Notes under the pieces: model-generated
The model's database searches: none
Seen by the model: the letters and a program-made list of their open reading frames with translations, nothing else
Told to the model about the DNA's origin: nothing
In this document: positions 13,400 through 25,761 of the stretch, piece by piece
Layout: each line of letters begins with the position of its first letter
Numbering within the stretch: the first letter of the stretch is position 1
Assembly (NCBI GenBank): GCA_047495785.1
Contig: JBLDXI010000015.1
Span: 5,152,915-5,216,914, forward strand
Length of the DNA stretch: 64,000 nt
Direction of reading: 5' to 3'
From: Lepidodermella squamata
Taxonomy: Eukaryota; Animalia; Gastrotricha
Made by a program: the position numbers and the translations under genes

Positions 13400-14520
13400 C
13401 GAAGGATTGCGGCTACAACGCGTTGAAACGTCCTCTAACAAGGATGGTATGGTATCAGAAAGCCGACCCAGCGCTCGAGTTAGGGCGGCAACACCAGCAT
13501 TTTTCTGCTTTATTGTCAAACTGACATCTTCTCTTAGCAAGTTCACTTATGTTGGCCAAAATTTAACCGCTAAATTATTTGCTACGACCAAAAATATCCC
13601 GAAAAACCCGAAAAAACCCGAAAAATGCATGTCAAGCCACTTAAAGCGGAAAACCGCGTTGTCCAACCTAAAAGTAATGGTAACTAATAAATATACAGTT
13701 TATTCTACAAGAAAATCATGAGAAAGATTGTTCTTACCAGATTATTTCATGAAATGGGCTATCCTTAAGGTTGCTGATCTGACTCAATGATGATGTCTAA
13801 CCAGAGTGTGTAGGGCAGACGAAAGCCGATCCTGCGCTCGAATTACGGCGGCAACATTAGCTTTTTTCTGCTTTGTCGTCATATTGATATAGTCTCCAAG
13901 CAAAATCACCAAATTTTACCCATATCTGACCGTTGATTATTTCCCAGCATCAATAAATGTTCCGATAAACCCGAATAACTCCATTTTAACGTCTAAATGC
14001 ATCCTAAGCCGTAAAACGAGAAAAACCACGGTGACCCCCCAAAAAGACATGGTAACTAAGAAATTTACACTCTATTCTACCAGAAAACAATGAGTAACAA
14101 TGCTAATTAAGCAAAATTCATGACATGGACCATCTTGAAGATCGTTCATCTGGCCAGAGGATGAGATCTAACACAGCAGGTATGGCAGAAGGAAGTCCCT
14201 CCTGCTCACGAGTTAGTATGGCAACACCGACTTTTTCTTTTTTCATTGTCAAAGTATTGATGTCTCCTAGTGAATTCACTCATTTGAGCCCCCATTTGAC
14301 CGCTGAATTGTTTGCTAACATTGTAAATGTTCCGAATATCCCGAAAAACTCCATTTATCGACAGAATGCATCCATAGCAGCAGCAAGTGAAAAACCGCGG
14401 TGACCCTCCAAAAAGTAACGGTAACTAAGTAGTATTTACTCTGCTTTACAAGAAAACAATGAGAGACAGTGTTTTTGACGGGTGATTTGAAGGCATAGAC
14501 CTCCTTGAAGATGGTGATAA
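13400..14520. repeat. Three diverged ~370-bp tandem units
   Basis: The anchor GGTAACTAA...AGAAAA..ATGAG recurs near 13679, 14051 and 14420, with similar flanking sequence. Confidence 0.8.
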
Positions 14521-15582
14521 TGAGATCTATGCTCTGAAAGACCGGCTGGCTGTTAGGGCAGATGTGCTAAAAATAACCATCATCCTACAAATACGGCTGT
14601 GGTAATCTTGTAGAGAATACATTACTGTACTTAGAAACACTGTTTCCGCAAGGTATAACCGCACTTAGGTGAAAGTTTCCGGGGTTAAACGCTTAAGATC
14701 TGCGAAAAACGGCATAAAAATGGCTTGTTTAGGCTTAGCACATACTTCTAATTGAGCCATATTTAGAAAAAATGACGCCGGCTGCCTTATTAAATGCTTG
14801 AAATGCTATCAGAAAAACACTAACAAAGGTGTCGTCACCGGTGATAAAATGCGAAATTACGGGGATGAAGTTGCGCGACGGGGAACTTGCGGTGCGCGGA
14901 GTGGCTACAACGCGAAAACGCGCGGCATCGCGCAGCACGCTTTTCCGTAGCAACAAAATTTTTATTGAAAAAAAATTATTAATATAATAAAATAAAAATA
15001 TTTTTAAAAGGATATTTAATTTTGTGCATAAAAATTTGCGGTAGCACGTGATTTTCCAACGCGCGCGGCGGATGTTCGGTTTTAAAAAGAACACCCTGTA
15101 TAGGGGCAGCGACCTATGATCTGCGAAAATCAGCCGACAAGTCAGAACGCGAAGCCGGACATTTTGATGTTGAATTCACAAAAAATCTGTCCGTTTTAAC
15201 GCACGCCCGGCTTAACGCAAAACCATACTGTAGTTTCAACGTCGATGGATATAGTCAGGAGTGACTTTTCGAGAAAGCGTAGATACGTGAAGCCTTGCTG
15301 CGTCGCGTTGCGTTTGTAAGGGGCTTTTATCAGTGCCGCTACATGATATGAAAATCGAATATGGCCCAAAATTCATATCGCCATACACTTCTCTCGAAAT
15401 GATTAAACATGATTAGTGATTAAACATGAATGGCCATTATTCGTGGCCATTCAAAACTTGGTTTTATTCTAATGTTGTTTCTTTTAGAGTTTTCCCTTCT
15501 GTCCTGTTGCGCATACACTACATTATTGGCGACGCAGAAGGGAAGAAGAAGGGAAGGCGATCGACGCAATCAAAGCGTTGCA

Positions 15583-16143
15583 ATGAAGCTCGAAAGGTTC
15601 GATCCAAGCCGAGAAAAATTCTCCGATTTCGAAACGCGGTTCGAGTTCTTTTGTACTCACCAACAGCTGGCGAAGGAGGAGGACAAGAAAGCAGCGTTCA
15701 TCGTGTCGTTGTCGGTCGATGTTTTTCGGAAGCTTATCGACTTGCTGGGAAGCAAGGATGTCAAGAGTGGCGATGTCAAGCTAGCCGACTGCATCAAGGT
15801 GCTTCGGGATTTCTATGATCCGAAACCGACACAATTGTCAGAGCGCGTACGGCTTCACAGACTCAGGAGACAGCCTGGACAGACGGCAGTCGAGTTTGGC
15901 GCGGCTCTGCAAGCGACAGCGAAGAACTGCAACTTGAAGGACGACGCCAAGGACCCTGAGGAGGCGCGATTGCGGGATTGTTTCGTCGCAGGTTACGACG
16001 ACGCGTATATCCAGGAACGCATGATGGCCGAGAAGGAGTTGACCTTCAAGCAGGCAGTCGAACTCGCAACAAGGTTGGAGTTGGCTCAGAAGGCGGCTCA
16101 AGTCTTCAGGGGCGGTGCAAGCGATGGCGTGGAAGTCCATGGA
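15583..16143 (+). pseudogene. Gag N-terminal part (interrupted)
   Basis: MKLERFDP...RFEFFC...ERVRLHRLRRQPGQT...LRDCFVAG...IQERMMAEKELTFKQAVELA is typical of gypsy-type gag. The frame is cut by the TIR at 16144. Confidence 0.85.
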
Positions 16144-16669
16144 CGATCGTGGCGCAGCATAAGGTCATAAGTGAGGCGAAAGCTCGAGTCGAAGAAAACA
16201 ACGCAACGTCGAAAAACCTTCGGAAAATAAATAATTGATTTCGCAAATAAATGCTTACAAATAATCAGAAATTGTAAATTGGTAGCAAAAATAATTTTTT
16301 TATATAAATTAACATCAAATTAAATCAACAAGTTGTTTACCGTGTCTAACAAAGCAGCTTTTTCTTCAAATCCGAGGCAGTTTGGTCATTTTTAATCCGA
16401 TTTTAGAACTTAGAGCGATATGCTGGCATTTCCGATCCGGAAGGCTCGCAAAATTCGGTTACATTTCCGCACAGATGTTGTCAGGACATGTCCATTTAAT
16501 ATCCATTATCAATGATTTCGAAGTCTTACGCAATGCCAGTTCAGAAAACCATGTGCGGAAATTCAATTCTGCGTTGCTTTTTGCGCCGAAGTGGCAGTAC
16601 AATGCGTTATGCGTCATTTACCCAAGTGATTAAACGTTATCGATTGATGGCAAAGTGCCTAGTCAGCCC

Positions 16670-17343
16670 CAGTAGCGGCGCCAGGGGGGGGGGCGAGATT
16701 TTTCTCGAACTCTCGCCCCCCCCCCCCTGGAAATTTTCAGCTCTCGACCCAAATTTGGAGCATTTTTAGGCTATTAGGCTCCTGCTTTTAGGCATTAATA
16801 ACGCCAGCTAAAGCTCGCTACGCTCGCGTTATGGCCAGTAGTCTACATTTGCGCTCTGATTCTGGAACTCCTAGGTTTTTTGTATCGGCTGCTTTCTAAG
16901 GGATTCTAAGGGACTCAATTCAACAATCAATAAGGTTTCAAAATCTCTAGTTTTAACCGATATAGCTGGGGCGCACAGTGGGGAGAAATGCACTCAGCAA
17001 GGTAGTGACGGTTTACGACGCCTCACGCCCGTGCGCGGAAGAATTTGCTGAGATCGAGACTCCTGAAAACTCCAGATTAGGGAAAGTGGATCCAAATATT
17101 GAAACATTTCTACCTTAGTCCCTGAGTGTAATTTTCAAAAAATAGCGTTAGCTAAAGCTCGCTTCGCTCGCATGCAGATTTTTGTGTCGTTATTGGTAGC
17201 TTTTGTTACTGTCTCTAATTTTAACGCTCAGCTACAATCTTTCCCACACATATACGCAAAATTGCCGTATTTTCGCTAGCTTTGTATCGTTAGTGATTGC
17301 CCCCAGCTCGCCCCCTGACTGCAGAACCCTGGTGCCGTCCCTG
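16670..17343. mobile_element. hAT-type MITE
   Basis: 8-bp TSD GTCAGCCC (16662-16669 and 17344-17351). Imperfect TIRs CAGTAGCGGCGCCAGG and CCTGGTGCCGTCCCTG. Confidence 0.85.
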
Positions 17344-19900
17344 GTCAGCCCTGAGTTACTTCTGTGGGAAACCTCAGCGTTTCTGTAGGAAAACAATCGG
17401 GGAGGTGTGGGAACCGGAGCTTAATCATCGGAACTTCAAAGAAGGAGCACGGAAAGCACTGCTGAAGATGAGTATTGACCATTTGGTGATCTTCATTGCA
17501 AATAAGTAATATCTACAATCGAGGATAAAGACGGGGTTATAAAATCCTGGTTTCTTTACTGTTTCGGTGTTTTGCGACCTAGCTCCCCATAGTATGTGCA
17601 AGCCCTGCGAGTGTCTTCTCCATTCTCCATATCGCATTTCCTTCCACTGTCACTTTAAAGGGAGTTTCTCAAACAATGGTTTAGTGCCTTTCCTTGAAAA
17701 CAAGGCCAGCTCTCTCCAAAAGACAAAATATTCAAAAAATCTTGAATGTCCATATCTGCTCAAAACTCGAACGGGGGAACCTCCTGGAAACGTTGTTTCT
17801 GCTTCTGATTCACCATCTTATATTTTCAATCAGATGCATGCGCTGAAAATGCTGCATCTAATCTCAGCTCTTGGAATTGTATATAAAATTCTAATTTTGT
17901 TTGACGTCTAGATACATCGAGTTATACATGTTTCTTAGTATTTGGAAAACAACATGAGTTCACTCAATGATTCACGTTTCATCTCTTCTTGATAAGATGG
18001 CTGAAGTTTCCCGCGCGCTGCCCAGATTCCATTCGATGTCTATCTCGTAAATTACGGGTTTGCAGACACTCTGCGATAAAGGTAACTTTCGCCACCGTCC
18101 GTTTACTATCTGTATCACCGTACTTGCTAGGTGGACTTTGGGTTCTCTACAATGGTGTTAATAATTTTATCGCACAAGCGCGTGATTTCAGCGTCTTCGA
18201 GGACCACGTACTCATTACTCAGATGCTTCCAATTGCGGACCGGTCAAGTTGCAGCAATTTCGGTTTTCTTAAGGTCGCGAAACGATTCAACAATCCAACA
18301 TTAGTTCCTTGCGTGATCACTACAACTTCTGTCGATGTCCAAGTAGCTGTTAAAGCAAATGCGGATGCATGCTTGCTCTCGAAAATGGTAAAAACGAGGA
18401 CGGCCGAGTCGAACGCGTGACTGACGATCTTGAGAAAGCTTAACTGCTCGCTGAATTCTTCAAAGCGAACTTGTCTTAGGCAATAACCAATTGAACTCGA
18501 GTTGGAGATCCGCGGACGTTGGACTTGGATCTTTTAAACTCGGCATATCGCCAGGTCAGTGGCATTTGGCGATCATTGACTGAAGCTGAATCCTCAAAAG
18601 AGCTAACCTATGCATGCATTATTTTGATTTTGCTCGCGTTTTATCAATCTTTTAATGCATTATGTGTGCTTAGTTTGCTAATGAATTGAATGTCTATGAA
18701 TTAAATAAAGTTGCTTGCGAATCAGGTTTTTTGTATCATGACACTTTTGCTTTGATTGTTGAATAACACGAGTTTTGAGATGGAACCATGGCCCCTAACA
18801 ATGAGAGTTGGTTCAAAGCGTGGTTTGCAAAGGAAAATTTGTTAGAAGCTGCATGTTCCAGCATCCTCATCTTCAATTTTAATAGGAATTTTAGGTCAAT
18901 TCGAACTTTAAAAATGGTCAGTAGCAGACAATTGTTCTCAAATTGTCATCAACATGCCATAGGCATGTCTACGACGTTCTTCAGATCTGCAGATGGATTG
19001 TTGAAGAGTTAGGTTGCAGAACTTATCTTGAACCGATTCTGGGACTTGAATTAATGCATTGATATCGCCTTGTTAACGCGAGCAATACATGGAACAAATA
19101 TCGCAATTTATGATCGCGGAATAACTTTCGATGCTGGATTTTCGCATCAGAATCTGAACTCATCAACATCAATCGATCCATTCTTGTCGAATGTTGACAA
19201 AATGTTGGAATTAGTCAACCACCCATAGACTCTATAGAGCTTCATTTCCTCGGGCATAATTGCTGCATTTCGCGATGATGATTCGTGGATCCTGCCTCGG
19301 TCTGTCCGACCTTGCTGACTTTTTGAAGTGAAGACAGTCAATGAAACTTGCAACCACCAGCTCGACGATAAGCCGAGTTTTGAGCTATAGCGTCGCCTAC
19401 TTAAGAAGAACTACTGCCGTCTCGAAGAATGATTCTATTTCGGGATCCAGATTCAGCGCTAGCCTGAGTTTTTATTATTTAACAATAATCCGGTGCGGTG
19501 TGTTGGGAAAATAACCAGCCATCTTTCGAAATAGAACTCTGCCCCCAGTCAACTGCCAAATGTTCATGACAACTGGCTTCAACTCAATACTCAGAGGTGA
19601 ACATATTTTTGGGAATAATTGAACCAGCGGGAATTTCGGCTCGAATTTCGGCACGTCATGTCGCTACGCATGTTCGCTCGAGCTTAACAAAACTTGACGA
19701 CTGTGCTTAAAACTGCATTTTTGAGCAACTTCCTCAGCACGCCGAGGACAATTCCTTCCTCCGAGTAGTAACTTGCCAACGTGAAGGGCTTCTCGCCGTC
19801 ACCTATTGGCTGTAAACTAAAAACTCCATCTGGTAGCTTCTTGAGATCATCTCTGGCTTTTAGCAGTGCGCCATGACTTTCGATTTTGGATGCCGAACTT

Positions 19901-19993
19901 CGTATCAGAGATCGTTTACGTCACCGCACTGAGTCGCAGTTGCCTACGACTCCATCTCTGCGTCCAGGTTAGGGAATATTAACCCGATTCCCC
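19901..19993 (-). pseudogene. ~95-bp fragment of 28S (LSU) rDNA inside the TIR element
   Basis: Minus strand reads GGGAATCGGGTTAATATTCCC...AGTGCGGTGACGTAAACGATC, resembling recalled conserved eukaryotic LSU sequence. It includes the hairpin GAGTCGTAG-GCAA-CTGCGACTC with a GNRA loop. Confidence 0.75.
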
Positions 19994-22452
19994 TTAGGGA
20001 ATATTAACCCGAAACCAGGCATTATAGAATTTGTTTAAGAAATCAAGCCTGCTTTCTTTGATAGCCATTTTTTGCACTGCATGCGAAAATTCATCCTCTG
20101 TATCCCTGAAGACCTTCAAGGTCTGCACCCGTGGAACCTCTCGCCCAAAGTGTTAACACCACTTCAAGGTTCAGTGCAACGAGCGGCGAACTGACAGCTT
20201 TGAGTTCACCCGAAGGCTCAGCAATTGTTAACCACTCTTTCCCATAATTTCACGACGACCACACTTTTTATTTATTTTATTGATTTAGGTAGTTTAACTT
20301 ATTTTTACCTCCAATTGTTACGTTTGAATTTCTCGCCAACTCACGCCGCACCCAACTTCAAACAGCTGCCGCCTCAAAGAATCATTCGATTTCCTCGGGA
20401 TTCTGACTCGCTAGCCTGGTATTTGATGATAATCTGGGATTGTTGGCAACGAAAATGCATCGGCCAGCCAGCCATCGGAGTCAATCATTCGGAAAGGAAC
20501 CCTAGCCAACTACCAAATGCCCAAGCCATGTTCAAGCACGTACTTTGCGCCGTTCTTTGATTGGTTCGATGCTGAAAATCAATCGGACGAAGCTATAAAA
20601 GCGGGAACCCTGGCTCGGGATTATATGGCTCACTGCTCGAAATTGCCACGGTTCGATTTTAACGAAATATTATAGCGAATGTTCGGGGCCATCATTCGAA
20701 AATTGACTGTTCTGAGTCACAACCTTGGCGCATCGAGAACAATTTTTTCCTCCGAGTAGACTTACAACGAGAAAAAGTTACCCAACATCCTCTGTTCACT
20801 GGAAACATAGTGACTCTTCGCGATTCTTTTTGGCTTTTAGCATTGCGCCAAGCCATTCGAATTGAACTTTGTATCTGAAGTGGCCTTCAATTTACCAAAA
20901 TCTATCGATCTATCGAAGTTTAGAATTTACGGCGTTATGGATCGATCTTCGGTTTTTTATGGATTGATTTCATCATTTTTTAACGAGGAAGGTTCATTTC
21001 GAAGATATAATTTGAAAGGTGAGAATAATCTAATTCCAAATCTAGCCAATGCCAAACATGTCATCTGTTTTTAATAGGTGACATTGCGAAATTGCTGAAA
21101 AATATGTCGCTTATAATCGACAACTTTGAGATTTATTCGCCCATTGAAGCGCGGTCTTGTGCGCGTTCAAAGCCCGCAAGCCATCGAAACAAAATTGCAG
21201 TTAGCCTATATGGATTTACGGATTTGCCATCTATCTTTGCTTTCTCTCTGCAAGCTGATTCAGAGATTGATGCAGTTTCATTGGATCGATCTTTCCGAAG
21301 CTCTGCCATCAAATTAAGGATACAATTTCGAGGAAACTTGCAATTAAAGACTAAAACATTCGCGAAGGTGGCTGATACAAGCTTGCTTTGAAGGTTGCTT
21401 TGAAACAGCAGCTAATGGCTGTGGAAATCAAATGGTGAACTATGGCTACCATGGCGGTCGAAGAACTGCCATCATCGACAACCAGAATAACAGGAGGAGA
21501 CGCCAATCGAGCCGTTATGGATGGGCCGAACTGTTCGAAGCCCGGAGTAGGGCGAGAATTCGATCTTCACGTAACAGCGGTCCGGCTGGGCCGGCTGTGT
21601 ATGCTGTGCATGCCTCCTCACTCCAACGGCTACATGGCCTTTTCCGTGTATACTGAATACCTTTCGAGCCTAACATGGCTACAAAGCTCCTTACAAAAGA
21701 TCTACTCGGATACAATTGTGGGTACGGCGTGCGGCGATTCAGTTTGGGAGATTTAAAATTCACCCGTCTCTACTGACCGCTTTGAAATGGCTTTGAACTG
21801 CTCAAGAACAGAATGATATGATGATGATTTTACCAGTTTATTCTTGTCGAATCGATGAAGGATTCTAATAAACTGCGCATATTGCAAAACTGATCTTTTC
21901 TTGTGTATCATATGATCGAAGGCCATCAAGGCCTTCAAAATATCTAAGAAGGCCTAATGTTTTCGATAGCAGCAGCGAAATCGATTCGGCTTTTGAAAAT
22001 GGTGTTTCTTCTGAAGTGTTCAATTAGGTATTTACTGCTACTTTGGAATTCTGGATAAATGTAGTAGTAGCTAATCTCTGCTCCAGCGTTAGGGTGAATG
22101 AAGATGAAACATCCGCGGTTTGATCGGTTAAACCATCGCCTGTTATCGCGTCTGGTGCCCTCTATACGAATGCGAACACGCGCTAATCATTATATTATAC
22201 GTATAAAGAGCTATCCATTTATTACTTATGCGCGCACTCGCATTATATTATGCATGAAAGCACTGTTCATTTATTATTGTGAGTAACATCGAACGGCATC
22301 AATTAACACGCCCTAACAATCACTGAAGGTAGTGACACTCATCAGACTTCAAGTATCTATTCCGAGGCTGATTTGCTGTTTTTTCTAGTTAAATTTGACG
22401 TTTCCCGAGTAAAGAAATGAGTTATGACCTTATGCTGCGCCACGATCGTGGA

Positions 22453-23688
22453 GTCGGTTGGAGGAAGAAGGCGAGCAAGTGTAGTCGTCTGTGTGACAAC
22501 TGCGGTGGTGAAGATCATTCGACCAAGCAGTGCAAGGCCTGCCGGAAGTGCAAGGAAGTCGGGCATTGGGCCAGGGACTGTCCGAAGGACTCGGAGGCGG
22601 AGTCACGGGATGGAGACGACAAGGCGAACAAGAAGAAGGGCAAGAGATCATCAGTGAAAGCGGCGCATGCTGTGGAAGTCAAGTGGCGATCGTCGAGCTC
22701 ATCGAGCTCATCGAGTGAGTCGAGCGAGTCGTGCGAAAACTTCAAGATCTACGCGACCTTGGCTAAAGGCGAAGCGGATTGGCTGGAAGGTTCGCCACCG
22801 ATCTACTTGACATTAATGTTGGATGGCAAGCAGGTGAAATTTCTATACGACTCAGGAGCTGAGGTTACGGTTCTGTCGCAGGCAACGTACTTCAAGGAGT
22901 TCGGTAACCGGGAATTCGACAAGGCGAATGTCAAGGTAGATGTGACGACGATCTTCGGCAACGGGAAGGCGATGGGCGTGTCCACGTTTGACGTGCGAGT
23001 CCCAGGTTCGATGTCTTCGTCGTTGTTAACCGCTGTCGTGGTGCCAGGTCGAGGTGAGAACTTGGTTGGAAGGAATTGGCTTCCTAAGCTGGATCTGGAC
23101 TGGGATTGGATCTGTAGACAGGTAAGAACTTTCGGCTCAAGGGCGAGCGGGAACGGAAGTTATGTCACGGCGATCAAGTCTAGGGAATCCAGGAATGTGC
23201 TTACAGCGACCGATGCAGATGCTAGGTTAGTGGTGCATGCTTCTAGCAGGGAGCTTGATGCAGATTCACAACGGGTGGAAGCGGTTTCGATCCGTTCAAC
23301 AGGGGCGCTGGTGTTCTCTGGTCAAGGCGAGGAGGCGCTTGGCGCAGATTCACAGCGAGTTGAAGCGAGTTCGATTCGTTCACTGGGAACGTTGGTGAAG
23401 TCTGATCAAGGCAATGATGAAGCTACCACGGCATGGCTAAGTGCTGGTATGTGTGAATTCTTGACGAGTTGGCGATTAGGAATCGAGTCATTCGTCAAGC
23501 GAATCGCTCGATATTGGTTCGAGGCGATTTCAGAAGAACCAAGCTGCACGTTGGCTATGGAGGTTTGTAAGGCAACGGGCGACGTTGGTCGTTACAATAC
23601 CTGGAGTCGAACTGCAGGATGGATGTCTTCTTGGAGGGGAAGGTGTCGAGAATGTACCGATTTTAGCATCCGGCCAAACTGGCACTAG
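22453..23688 (+). pseudogene. Gag zinc knuckles plus aspartic protease (continuation of the interrupted ORF)
   Basis: Two CCHC knuckles (CDNCGGEDHSTKQC, CRKCKEVGHWARDC) and retropepsin motifs FLYDSGAEVT and NLVGRNWL. No RT, RNase H or integrase motifs. Confidence 0.88.
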
Positions 23689-23836
23689 GCCAACATTCCG
23701 GAAGATTCTAATCCAGATCTTTCGATGGACTATAAATACGCGGTTTACGTCATATTTGTACATGCGATACTTTCTGATGAGTCACTTGCAATAAACTAGA
23801 GAGTTTTCCCTTCTGTCCTGTTGCGCATACACTACA
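23644..23836 (+). repeat. 3' LTR (193 bp)
   Basis: TGT...ACA ends, preceded by the polypurine tract; TATAAAT near 23730 and AATAAA at 23790. Confidence 0.75.
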
Positions 23837-25761
23837 ATAAATTCATAATCATTGGCTGCCTTTTCGATGGTATCGAAAGGATTGGCCTAGAAGATTTATA
23901 GACAGTTTAAATGATTCGCGATCCGTTTCCCATGGGAACATGGGAAGCTTGTTCCCATTGTCGACAATGGCCATCATTCGTCTGAATGTCTCGATTTCTC
24001 GACTGACATTTAGAAAGTTTCTCGATTATATTGTGTTATATTGTATTATGTGCCACGCATTATGGATGAAGTCGCACTTAACACTGCGTAAAATATTTCC
24101 GGTCCCATGCCCGTGATTCGCATGTAGTTGGCGAAAAATAAACCATGATTGCAACAGGAAAGTTAAGCATATTTTAGAAGTATACGAGATCAGCTTGTCA
24201 AGTTCGATAGCTTTGCCACAGATTCAACGTGAAAAATGATAATTTCGATTTGCGGTATATATGACCGGACTTTTTATCACAGTGGTGCGCAAACTCGGTT
24301 TTTCCGGCCGCTTGCGGCCTGTCGAGGCATTTTTGGCGGCCGGCTGGCCCTTCGGTTCAGTAGCATTATGTGAGGCCGGTTGAGGCTTGTGCAGTCGGTG
24401 ATTTGATATTATAGGGGGAGAGAAGGTTGTCAGCTCCAAATAAATCTTCTTGAGTAATCGATAAATCTAGCCACCTTAATTTAATGGGGTAATTTTTGTA
24501 ATTTTGCCTTGTAAAATGATGGCTGAAATTTGCGACTATCAAGAATCTGATCGATGGACTATCTTGCTAATTTTGGTGGGTTTGTTCCTCCTCGAATGAG
24601 AGGGTCTCGAGTTTTCAACTTTGTCTTTACCGCTATCAAATTGATAAAACGGAGAGATTTCATTAACCTTGGACCTGTTTTCTATCTGGAACACCCATTA
24701 AAAGTTGCGCTTTTAAAGTAGCGGGCGAAGAACGAAGAAAGGTGAAAGGGGGCGTGCGGCAAAGCATCTTCTATATATCTATCTGGCAAAGCATGATTAT
24801 TCTACGCCGTTGCCCTTGTAACATTTTCAATCTTCATCGGAAATAATTCCGATTTACGACTCTTGGGACGATTTATCTTCGTAGAATACGGCATGTCTTG
24901 CTCATTTCAGGTAGTTTTTTACCTGAGCAGGTTTCTGCCGAAAGCCCTGAACACACTGCTGATTTCTTATTCACCTGCTTTAGGACCCGATTGAAACATG
25001 AGGTTTTAATAAAACCAAACCATGGCGAAGTGACGACTGCTTGACTTTTTGTAATCAGGCATGATAATGACGTCCGATTATCGGGGATTTATTTACACAA
25101 CAACGTATAATATACACTATATTTCTCGATGAGCTCCAAAGGAGGACTTGGCGACCTTTCAGAGTAAATATTGAATGGCTATACGACTGGCGCCCTTGTG
25201 CGGCGCCGGTGTTTGATGATATAAACAGAATGAATGTATCAATATAAACACTTGTTATAATATATCATGTGTAATTATAAACATTTACTTGACGCCTTAC
25301 GTAAGTCGAGTCCTTGCGCGAAAAACGAAGACTCTAGACACGCTTCAGCTTATTGACTTATCGAGGACATGCGTTCATCCGGCTGATGGTAAAAATTACC
25401 AAGAGCGGTAACAAGGTAACGCGAAGACGCATGTTTATATTGAATTATAAAGGGAAGGATGAGTTCTATAAATAAGTGGGAGCCGCTCGTCATCCGATGG
25501 CTCGAGTGGCAACGAGAGTCTCACCATATAAATGCAAATATATTATAAAACTTTGAGCAAATATATGTTATCATTACGCATCGACAACGTCAACAGCATA
25601 CATGATTGAGTCTAAGCGAGGCAGAAGGCTGGCAAACGCCTTGATTTTTCCCGTGTGCCACCTTCAGCCTGAATATTTTGGACAACAGGCAGCCAAGACA
25701 TGTAATTACGACATATTTTCAATTTAGACGCTTGATAATCCTGAATAAACCACAAAGCGGC

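Larger units (their letters stand above)
9662..15098. mobile_element. Non-autonomous Tc1/mariner-type TIR element (~5.4 kb)
   Basis: 29-bp perfect TIR CAGGGTGTTCTTTTTAAAACCGAACATCC at 9662, with its reverse complement ending at 15098. TA flanks both sides. No transposase ORF seen. Confidence 0.85.
16144..22448. mobile_element. Unclassified DNA transposon-like element, 27-bp TIR, 4-bp TSD (TGGA)
   Basis: TIR CGATCGTGGCGCAGCATAAGGTCATAA at 16144-16170 and its reverse complement at 22422-22448. TGGA at 16140-16143 and 22449-22452. Removing the element restores the gag frame (VEVHG|VGWRKK). Confidence 0.9.
15486..23836 (+). mobile_element. Ty3/gypsy-type LTR retroelement encoding only gag-protease; 5' LTR truncated; interrupted by a 6.3-kb DNA element
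   Basis: An identical 37-bp LTR end occurs at 15486-15522 and 23800-23836, ending ACTACA. PBS-like TGGCGACG at 15527; polypurine tract GGAGGGGAAGG just before TGT at 23644. Confidence 0.85.

Noticed and set aside
15229-15485. TGTAGT at 15229 as the start of a full 5' LTR
   Set aside because: No similarity to 23644-23799 and no exact TSD.
23770-23800. CTGATGAGTC in the LTR as a hammerhead ribozyme (retrozyme)
   Set aside because: No closing stem II and no GAAA core; the downstream AATAAA fits a polyA signal.
24280-24345. CAGTGGTGCGCAAACT hAT/Charlie-like end
   Set aside because: No partner TIR or TSD found.
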